Shown piece after piece: positions 12,534 to 22,990 of a stretch of 64,000 bases of DNA. How positions within the stretch are numbered: position 1 is the first letter of the stretch; each line of letters opens with the position of its first letter. The notes under the pieces were generated by a model. The model saw only the letters and a list, made by a program, of their open reading frames with translations. It was not told the origin of the DNA and searched no databases. The stretch covers positions 68,696,001 to 68,760,000 of the forward strand of contig OZ024742.1 in the NCBI GenBank assembly GCA_964016885.1, read 5' to 3'. A program made the position numbers and the translations under genes. This DNA comes from Eledone cirrhosa. Lineage: Eukaryota.

Positions 12534-13140
12534 GTGGCTGCCAACTCGTTTTCGAGTACGGCCACTACTTTATATCCATGTAGGAGAACCCCTACCGATG
12601 CGCTGAATGAGTGACTTTTTAGTCCAGCCAGCGACTTGAAAACTCTGGTACAAACACTACACCTGTGACAATTATTGACACATAGTGCAGGGCCCATGGT
12701 ACCATGTGATGACAAGTGCAGAGAGATCTCCAGATATAAAGCAATGCCTGTGCCGTGAAACTTTTATAGTGAGCAAAGGCACTGCACAAAGCCAGTCCCA
12801 CTCTCTTAACCAAGATGATATTTACCAAAAAGAAGAACACGTCAACATCATTGGATACCATCAGGGTTGCAGGTGTTATATCAGAGTTTTCCTTCTCCTA
12901 GAATTCTGCCTTGACAAAGGCTAAGGAGTCATCTCTCCCGGTGATTTTGGATGGCCATTGACTCTTAAGAGCTCCTTTGCCCTTTGACAGGTTTTGTTTT
13001 TAGTCCTGCAGGATGTCCAAAGTCACCCTCCTCACCAAGAAACCTTGGTGGGGTTGCCAGTTTAGTCGCCAACGATCTGACCATGAGGCAGGTTGTACTG
13101 GGATACATGTTTCCAGTAGCACCAACTGGAGACCTGACAT
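12534..13140 (-). mobile_element. ~600-bp non-autonomous RTE derivative (bipartite 5'UTR + 3' end), full-length copy 1
   Basis: RTE 5'-UTR motif CTAGGAGAAGGAAAACTCTGAT, residual C2H2 peptide [17 protein letters not shown], and 3' stem-loop CTCG-AAAA-CGAG; five copies in the window. Confidence 0.85.
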
Positions 13141-13148
13141 ATATATAT

Positions 13149-15128
13149 ATATTATAATGAAATGACAGGAGGCTGAATTTGTGTAAATCCTTGAAAGGTT
13201 TATTATACTATGATCATTTCAATGACCGGGTTCCGTATGAATCCGGTGATATCATCAGGTATTCGAAATATAATACATGAATGTAATAGATAAAATCCAT
13301 AGGGCTGAAAATCGAGGACCCGAGGGCGACCGCTATCTTGCATCCTCTACCTTAGCCGGTCGCCCTCGAGTGACGTGGCTAAAGCTCACAGTGTGCTACT
13401 ACCGGTCAGATAAAGGAAAATAGAAAGGGATGGGAACATAAGTTACAAGACAAAAGAAAGAAAGGAAGGAGAGAGAAGGGGGAAGGAAGAAGAAGAGAAG
13501 CCAGGGTTAATGTCAGCTGTAAGAAGAAAGACAGAAAGAAAGAGGAGGGAAGGTCGGTATTACAGTCAGGCCAGGATTGTCGCGAAGAAATTTTTTTATT
13601 CTACGGGACCCGTATCTAAACAACTACTACCGGTCAGATATAGGCGAACAGAAAGGGGGAAGGAAGATAAGTCTGCGGGAGGAAGACAAAAAAAGGTGAG
13701 AAAAGAAGGGTAGAAAAGGAAGAAGTAGAAGAGTAAGGGTTGATGGCTAGAAGAAGGAAGATAGAAAGAAAGAGGAAGAAAGGTCGATATTAATGTCAGA
13801 CTACAGTCGGGCCAGGAGTGGCGCGAGAAAATTTTCACAGGGACCCACTTCTTAGCAGAGGTGAATATAGTGGGGGTCAGTGTGTTATAATGTGTGAGCA
13901 GAAGATTGAAACGTTACGTTTTTGTTTAAACTTATAGGATGAAGTTAAAAATGAATAATTAATTAATATCAAAGAAATTAGAAAATTTAAAGTTAAACAG
14001 TTTAACATTTTAAGGTTGATATATCTAATAGTTCTGATTTGGTCTGTAATTTAAGGTACCATGTGGCGGTTAAAAACCGGCCGCGCTCCGGGGCGAATTA
14101 AGCCACTCCGAGTATTTTCATTTACCGAAAGAAGGGGAAATTTATATTTCCAAGCACTCAAGGTAGGCCCTTGCCTCAGGGGGCCGGTCGCGCGCCATTA
14201 AAACCCACCCAACAGTCCGACAGAAAGTTGGAACTTTAAAATATAGTTTAAATTTATAGGATGAATTTGAAGGAATTCAGAATAACATTATAAAATTAAA
14301 GAGTAAGAAGATTGAGAATTGAACAAATAGAAAATTGAAAATCAAACATTTAAAAAAAACTTCTATAAGGTTTTGGGTTGCGGGGTTTAATTAAAGAGAG
14401 TCTTTTATGAAGAGACGTTAATTGTATTATGTAGATCTATAATTTATCCTAGTGGGATGTAGAGTATGGGATATAGTCGGGTAATATTTATTTTTGTTCT
14501 CAGGGGGAGACATTCTAGTGTCGTGTGCTAATGGGTACAACTGAGTAAAAGTCCCAATAGGAGGAGTAGAAATACATGGATACATAGATGTGGAATACGT
14601 GGAAGAGCACATTGATAAAGCAAAGGTATAAATATATAAATATATCAATATATAAATATAAATATGTAAATAAACCAAAAAGAGTGGTGTTGGAGTAAGA
14701 TGGAGAAAACAAGACATAGTAGAAGTACAATATAGTTCAGGTTGCAGTATTAATGTTCCCAGGGGAAGACATTCCAGTGTCGTATGCTAAGGGTACACGC
14801 GAGTAAAAGTCCGAATAAGGGAAGGAAAAAGTACATGGATGTATAGAGGTAGAATAGGTGGAAAAGCATTAATACAGCAAATAAAGATATAAAGATATAA
14901 ATAAACAAACAAGAAATGATCATAGTATAATAAACCTTTCAAGGATTTACACAAATCCAGCCTCCTGTCATTTCATTATAATATTTAACTCCGTAATAGC
15001 ACCACCAACTACAAAAACAAAGACGGTTCAACTGCTTTACGTTGAGTACTCTCTATATTATTACATTACGATTGACCATACGGAATAGACCAGCTCTATA
15101 CAGTGGTGAACCACAAACCTGAATAAAT
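13149..15128 (-). mobile_element. ~2-kb non-coding PLE-like element with hammerhead, inverted terminal segment and internal diverged duplications
   Basis: 13149-13220 is inverted at 14913-14984; hammerhead at 13205-13262; flanked by (TA)n; no recognisable ORF. Confidence 0.65.
13205..13262 (-). ncRNA. Minimal type I hammerhead ribozyme, intact core
   Basis: ATAC-CTGATGA-stem II (ACCGG/CCGGT)-GAAA-TGATCA (palindromic stem III)-TA-GTAT. Confidence 0.85.
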
Positions 15129-15210
15129 ATATATATATATATATACATATACGCGTATACATATACACATACACACACATATACACATACACATATATAT
15201 ATATACATAT

Positions 15211-15738
15211 ATCATCATCATCATAGTTCAACGTCCATCCCCCACGCCTGCATGGGCCCGGACGGGAGCTCTCCCGCCTGAGGCAAGAGTGGCTGTCCCG
15301 CCCGCATAGGACCACCTGGCAGGCCCTCCACGGCTGGATGCCCCTCCCAACACCAACCACGTTCACAGTGTTGACCGGGAGGCCCTCACTGTGCCACCCA
15401 CACGGCCCCACTGCAGCGCGGACCGTGTGTTTCTTTGTCGGGACACCCACACGACCTCATTCCCTTCAGATAGGACACCGTGGTACCAACACAACCTCAC
15501 ATTGAAGGGAGCGGCGCGGATGGGGGCGCGGGCAGCGAGACAGGGGTGCACTTTCGTTAGAGGCGCCCACCGACTGCAGGCCCCGCCCCGCACCTAGGCA
15601 AGGCGGGTCCCCCGTACCACTGTGCAGCGCCAAAGATCTCGGTACAGTGACACCGTCCCGGAGAGGTGCAAGTGTGTGAGGTCGCAATTTATCAAGTCGT
15701 CCCAGGTTTTTTCTGGGTATACCTACTCCGTGGCCACC
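15211..15738 (-). mobile_element. 5'-truncated RTE family A-related copy with massive A-to-G hypermutation on its sense strand
   Basis: Collinear with 50866-51401 but with roughly 70-80 plus-strand T>C differences; (CAT)n tail at 15211. Confidence 0.9.
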
Positions 15739-16073
15739 TATATATACATACATACATACATACACATATACATATATATATACATATACACACACATATA
15801 TATATACATATACACACACATATATATATACATATATACACACATATACATATATACACACATATACATACACATATATATATACATGTACATACACATA
15901 TATATATACATATACATACACATATATATACATATATATACATATATACACACATATACACACATACATACATATACATACACATACCTATATATACACA
16001 TATACATATATATACACATATACATATATATACACATATACATATATATACACATATACATATATATTGTATG

Positions 16074-16134
<61 letters not shown>

Positions 16135-16135
16135 C
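15739..16135. repeat. (TA)n/(TACA)n microsatellite array
   Basis: Direct inspection. Confidence 0.95.
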
Positions 16136-16399
16136 TATTGATGGTATACAAGCTCCTACATAAATTGGTATAATTTCACCTAAATTGTAGGAATCCTATA
16201 ATGAAACGAGACGTCCGTCTGGGAAGAGCTATATTAGATATATCTCATTTGAAATAATACAGCCAATTTTCCACGCAATACTTTTAGTTAGCACCCTGAA
16301 CGCATAATTGGGAATATAATCACTTATTTCCTAATGTTTGTTGAGTGAGTTGGAATTTGGCCGGAGTATCGCTAAAAAGCTTTCTCCGATATTGTATTT

Positions 16400-16402
16400 A
16401 TT

Positions 16403-16464
<62 letters not shown>

Positions 16465-16465
16465 G

Positions 16466-16511
<46 letters not shown>

Positions 16512-16563
16512 TATAAATATATATATAAATATATATATATAAATATATATATATAAATATATA

Positions 16564-16595
<32 letters not shown>

Positions 16596-16673
16596 AATAT
16601 ATATATATATAAATATATATATATATAAATATATATATATATAAATATATATATATATAAATATATATATATA

Positions 16674-16705
<32 letters not shown>

Positions 16706-16719
16706 AATATATATATATA

Positions 16720-16806
<87 letters not shown>

Positions 16807-16894
16807 GTATATAAATATATATATATAAATATATATATAAATATATATATATAAATATATATATAAATATATATATATATATATGTATATAAAT

Positions 16895-16926
<32 letters not shown>

Positions 16927-16933
16927 GTATATA

Positions 16934-16966
<33 letters not shown>

Positions 16967-17027
16967 GTATATAAATATATATATATAAATATATATATAT
17001 ATGTATATAAATATATATATATAAATA
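16400..17027. repeat. (TA)n array with TAAA interruptions
   Basis: Direct inspection. Confidence 0.95.
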
Positions 17028-17492
17028 TACAATATTAAATAAATGGAAAACTATATTTATAAAACCATATTTATTTCATTATATATATTTCGGGGATATC
17101 ATATTAACAATATGCTATGCCTTCATCAGACAAAATACAATATAAACAGTTTTATAGATAAATATATTCGACATACCGTAATAAACATCAACTTCATTTG
17201 AAGAGGTTTACTCTGCTAGAGTAAACCTCTTCAAATGAAGTTGATGTTTATTACGGAATGTCGAATATATTTATCTATAAAACTGTTTATATTGTATTTT
17301 GTCTGATGAAGGCATAGCATATTGTTAATATGATATCCCCGAAATATATATAATGAAATAAATATGGTTTTATAAATATAGTTTTCCATTTATTTAATAT
17401 TGTAAATATACTCCAAATATTTTGTCGAGTGCTTTTATATCAGTTATAAATATTTACTAGTTGTAACCCAACAATTTTAAATATAACTTTAC
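17028..17492. mobile_element. Fold-back PLE pLTR fragment: 377-bp near-perfect palindrome (17028-17404) plus 3' extension
   Basis: 187-bp arms, 3-nt loop GCT at 17215-17217, one mismatch seen; each arm carries a hammerhead. Confidence 0.85.
17295..17360 (+). ncRNA. Minimal type I hammerhead ribozyme (mirror copy on the minus strand at about 17072-17137)
   Basis: ATTTTGT-CTGATGA-stem II (CATATT/AATATG)-GAAA-TATATA-TA-ATGAAAT. Confidence 0.75.
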
Positions 17493-17494
17493 AT

Positions 17495-17570
17495 GTATAT
17501 ATAAATATATATATATATGTATATAAATATATATATATATGTATATAAATATATATATATATGTATATAA

Positions 17571-17603
<33 letters not shown>

Positions 17604-17629
17604 TATGTATATAAATATATATATATATG

Positions 17630-17660
<31 letters not shown>

Positions 17661-17668
17661 GTATATAA

Positions 17669-17716
<48 letters not shown>

Positions 17717-17749
17717 GTATATAAATATATATATATATGTATATATATG

Positions 17750-17837
<88 letters not shown>

Positions 17838-17850
17838 TATATGTATATAA

Positions 17851-17883
<33 letters not shown>

Positions 17884-18134
17884 TGTATATAAATATATAT
17901 ATATGTATATAAATATATATATATATATGTATATAAATATATATATATGTATATAAATATATATATATATATGTATATAAATATATATATATATATGTAT
18001 ATAAATATATATATATATATGTATATAAATATATATATATGTATATAAATATATATATATATATGTATATAAATATATATATATATATATGTATATAAAT
18101 ATATATATATATATATGTATATAAATATATATAT

Positions 18135-18166
<32 letters not shown>

Positions 18167-18173
18167 GTATATA

Positions 18174-18212
<39 letters not shown>

Positions 18213-18215
18213 GTA
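17495..18215. repeat. (TA)n array with TATG/TAAA interruptions
   Basis: Direct inspection. Confidence 0.95.
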
Positions 18216-18354
18216 TTAGAAAGTGAGGTTTTTTTTACAAAATGAAAAATAACCGAGATGTCCTACACGAGTGAAAGTATAAAGAAAAAGAGATGAAATC
18301 GAAAATGCAACTGAAGTCTTATTTTTTTTTAAAAATATATATATTTATTTGGTT

Positions 18355-18392
18355 CCTTTACCGGTTTCGCAGTTCTTCTGCTTTTCAAAAGG
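18355..18392 (-). ncRNA. Minimal hammerhead with U3-A8 core variant (UUGAAAA) in a solo pLTR-like fragment (~18216-18430)
   Basis: CCTT-TTGAAAA-GCAG aagaa CTGC-GAAA-CCGG-TA-AAGG; stems I and II perfect, stem III palindromic. Confidence 0.75.
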
Positions 18393-18499
18393 TGAGTTGA
18401 GATGGAGGGTCTGTAGTTTTTCTCACATCATATATATATATATATTTTTCTCACATCATATATATATACATATATATATATATGTATATATATATATAC

Positions 18500-18753
18500 A
18501 GCATCAGGATGTGACTGGTGGTTGATCTACCCTCTCTGAAGCCGTTCTGGTTGTCCCTTTGACATTGCACTCAGTGCTCCTTTGGGAGCCCCTACATGGA
18601 CACACTAGAAGAGGAAGACCAAGGTTAACATATGTTGATGCCCTAAGGACAGACACTGGTCTGTTGGAGATGCAGGATATGGCAGCGATAATGAGGGACA
18701 GAGACCGCTGGAGAGAACTCGTCCATGGATCTCAGGAATTTTACCCGCCTTAG
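18500..18753 (+). mobile_element. C-terminal fragment of an APE-type (RTE-like) LINE ORF
   Basis: VLLWEPLHGHTRRGRPRLTYVDALRTDTG...MRDRDRWRELV. Confidence 0.75.
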
Positions 18754-20010
18754 TTCTCTGGCTACAACCAAAGAGACAGAGTCACAGTATACGAAGGAGC
18801 CATGGAAAAGTATAAGACCCTCATAGAACTGGACATGAAAGGAATTTGCCCACTATACAGGAGCAAATCATGGAATAGCTTAGATAGGGCTAGACATAAG
18901 ATAGGGAAGGCCACATCATGGTACGACAACCAGAGATATCAGAGTGTCATGTTTGTGGACGCCACCCCTGGAGGGAAATTAGCTAACCAGTGTAGAAAGG
19001 CCCTGAGAAAGACCCACTTAAAAATAAAGGTGGTAGAAAAGCCAGGAACCACCATAAAATCCCTGATCAGCAAAACCTACCCTTTTAAGAAAACCCACTG
19101 TACCAATAGGAAGTGTATCATATGTAAGGTGAACCCCCGGATAAACTGTAAAACTAGAAACATAGTCTATAGCATAAGATGTACAGAGGGTACTTGCAGA
19201 AACATGACAACAACATACATAGGTGAGACAGCTCGTAGCATAGGTGAAAGGATAGACCAACACTGGGGGGAACTAAAAGGACGAAAAAACGGGTCAGTAC
19301 TATACGAACATGCTAGACAACAACATGACGGTAACATAGACAACATAGAAATTAGAATAATATCTAAACATAGGAATGACCCAGCAGATAGACAAATCAG
19401 AGAGGCCAGTGAAATAGAAATTAGAAGACCAAAGCTAAACAGAAAGAATGAGTGGAACAACAACAACACCCAAACAAACAACACTGACCTAAGAGAAGTA
19501 TAAATAAGTAAATAAAATAAAATAAAATAAGATAAATAAATACATACACAAGCACAATAACAACAAGCACATAAACACACACTAGTCACCCAGCAGACAC
19601 AACACTATACACACTAGTCACACATCACACATAACACTATACACATGCGCAAAGAAGACAAAATAAAATAAGATAAACAAACAAGCAAATAAATAAATAA
19701 ATATATAGACAGACTGAATAAAAAATGGCGTAGACATACAACACAACAGGACGAACAATGAATATAACACCACTGACGATGTTGCAGATGTGCAACGAAA
19801 GATTTATGTAAATTATGTAAACTATATATATATATGTGTCTATATTGTATCTGTATTATTTTTGACCGCCGGTCAGTCAATGGCAACATTGAGGACCGAG
19901 TAAGTTAGATCGCAGATATAAAAGACAGCGAGAAGCGAAAACCAACCAAACAGTGAGTGTGTTCTGTTATTAATTCTGGCAATATTACGCAAATATGACC
20001 CTCCCCAAGT
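18754..20010 (+). mobile_element. 5'-truncated Penelope-like element: RT thumb, Cys linker, GIY-YIG endonuclease (ORF to 19503) and 3' pLTR
   Basis: FSGYNQRDR, VMFVDATPGG, C-x4-C-x2-C linker, IVYSIRC...YIGETARSIGERIDQH...RQIREA...PKLN; hammerhead-like motif at 19773; TATA-like GATATAAAAG near 19915. Confidence 0.9.
19771..19809 (+). ncRNA. Minimal hammerhead-like motif in the PLE pLTR (weak stem I)
   Basis: CTGACGA-T-GTTGCA gatg TGCAAC-GAAA-GATT-TA; core and stem II clear, stem I only about 2 bp. Confidence 0.6.
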
Positions 20011-20014
20011 ATAA

Positions 20015-20588
20015 CTATATATATATACATATATATATACATATACATATATATACATATATATATATAAAAATATATATATATACATATACATATATAT
20101 ACATATATATATATAAAAATATATATATATACATATATATATATAAAAATATATATATATACATATACATATATACATATATATATATAAAAATATATAT
20201 ATATACATATACATATATACATATATATATATAAAAATATATATATATACATATACATATATACATATATATATATAAAAATATATATATATACATATAC
20301 ATATATACATATATATACATATATATATACATATACATATATATATATATATACATATATACATATATATATATACATATATACATATACATATATATAC
20401 ATATATATACATATATATACATATATATACATATATATACATATATATACATATATATACATATATATACATATATATACATATATATACATATATATAC
20501 ATATATATACATATACATACATATACATATATATACATATATATACATATACATATATATACATATACATATATATACATATATATAC

Positions 20589-20621
<33 letters not shown>

Positions 20622-20718
20622 CATATATATACATATACATATATATACATATATATACATATACATATATATACATATATATACATATATATATATATAT
20701 ACATATATATACATATAC

Positions 20719-20781
<63 letters not shown>

Positions 20782-21009
20782 CATATATATACATATACAT
20801 ACATATATATATATATATATACATATATACATATATATACATATATATACATATATATATATACACATATATATATATACATATATATACATATATATAT
20901 ACACATATATATACATATATATATACACATATATATATATATATATATATACATATATATATACACATATATATATATATATATACATATGTGTATATAT
21001 ATATGTATA

Positions 21010-21042
<33 letters not shown>
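20015..21042. repeat. (TA)n/(TACA)n array with higher-order units
   Basis: Direct inspection; recurring TAAAA-interrupted units and a run of the 10-mer ATATATATAC. Confidence 0.95.
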
Positions 21043-21114
21043 GTGGTTTGTATGCATGAGTATTAGTGTGTGAGTCGTGTCAATAAGTTTTTTTTTTTTT
21101 TTTTTTTTTTTTAT

Positions 21115-22990
21115 AATGACCATGCTGTAAAATGGAGGGGTAGAGAGGGCCCTTGAGTCTAGTAAGACATCCTCTCTAGTGCTGGTGGCACAAATAAAAT
21201 CACCCAGTCCATGCTGTAAAGTGGCGCTGGTGTTAGGAAGGGCATCCAACCAGTGTATCAATGCCAAAAAGCTTATCAGCACAGCAACAAAACAGCATAG
21301 AAAAATATGAAGACGTCGCATCTCAGAGTTGCAACACTTAATGTTGGCACTCTCAGAGGTAGATCTGCTGAAATAGCGGAGATGCTGGAGAGAAGGCAGG
21401 TGGATGTGTGCTGCGTGCAAGAGGTGAGATGGAGAGGTGCCTCTGCGAGACTAGTCGTAGGCAAGCGTCTTAGCTATAAGCTATTCTGGGTAGGTAAGGA
21501 TGATGGGTTAGGGGGAGTAGGTATTTTCCTGGCTGAGAAATGGATCAATAAGACAATAGAGGTAGTTCGAGTTAGTAATCGAATAATTAAGCTTAGATTA
21601 GTTGTAGGTAGGAGACTACTGACAATCATCTCGGTCTATGCTCCCCAAGCAGGCCTAGGCAAAGATGAGAAAGACTGCTTTTATGAGCAACTTTTGCAAA
21701 CAACCACAATGACAGAGGACGGAGACATCGTTATGCTAGCAGGAGACTTCAATGGTCATGTTGGACAGCTCCAGGATGGTTACACTGGGGTACATGGTGG
21801 GCACGGTTACGGTTCAAGAAATGAAGAAGGAGTGAGACTTCTTGAATTTTGTGATGCAAGTACATTGACTATTTGCAACACAAACTTCCAGAAACCTGCC
21901 AATCACCTAATAACCTACAAATCTGGTGAGCACATAAGCCAGATTGACTTCCTGCTAGTTAGGCAGCGGGACAGGCAGATAGTGTCTAATACCAAGGCAT
22001 ACCCTGGGGAAGAATGTACCCCATAGCATAGGTTAGTTGTTAGTGATATCTCAGTAAGCAAGAGATGGAATGAGACATATAGGAAGGTGTGGAGAAGAAA
22101 GGTCTGGAAGCTAAAAGACCTTTCACTAAAATTCAAATTTAGGAAAGCCCTTCAAGATGTATATGACGAAAAAGAAGACGATTTAGAGACGTATGACATA
22201 GATAATAACTGGAAGTTCTTACCTGACAACTTGCTGAAGGCTACTGATGAAACCTGTGGCTGGAGCAGAGCTCCAACCAGACAGAGAGTGACCTGGTGGT
22301 GGAACAGCACAGTAGATAAGGCTATTAGAGACAAAAGACTAGCATGGAAGGCTTGGAAAAAGGGTGGAAGTAGGGAAGAATATACAGCCACTAAGAGAGA
22401 AGCTAGACGTCAGGTGTACTTAGCACGCAGGGAGGCAGAGAGTAGGAGGTTTGCCAATGTTCTGCGACGGGAAGATCAGAGGCGTGCGGTGTTCCACATT
22501 GCAAGGCAGTGTGTCAATGCAAATCAGGATGTTGTTGGTGATAAATATGTCCGGGATGATGCCGGTGTACTTAGTGTCACGAATGACCAGAAAAAGGAGG
22601 CCTGGAAATGTCATTATGAGAGACTGATGAATGTGGAGAACGAATGGGAGAGAGAGAAATTACCCTTGGTAGATCCGACAGAGGGACCAGCTATTGAGAT
22701 TGACGAATATAGGGTCCAAGAGGCGATTAGGGAAATGAAAAATGGTAAGGCGGCTGGACCATCGGGAATAGTTGCTGAGATGCTGAAGGCATCAGGGGAC
22801 GTAGGCACTAAACTGGTTGCACGCATCATCAATCAGGCTATATATGGTGGTGTCATACCCAAAGACTGGTGCAGCAGTATTCTCATAAATTGCTACAAAG
22901 GTAAAGGGGATGTTCTGGAGAGGAGCAATTATAGGGGTATAAAACTGATGGATCAGGTTATGAAAGTGGCAGAAAGGATATTAGCACATA
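21115..22990 (+). mobile_element. RTE LINE family B: 5' UTR, APE endonuclease and start of RT; one in-frame stop (22024-22026); cut off by a PLE
   Basis: [13 protein letters not shown]...[27 protein letters not shown]; GKAAGPSG, NYRGIKL. Confidence 0.95.

Noticed and set aside
14063-14197. SECIS element (as in selenoprotein-encoding Naiad PLEs)
   Set aside because: No AUGA/GA quartet with correct stem spacing and no linked UGA-containing ORF.
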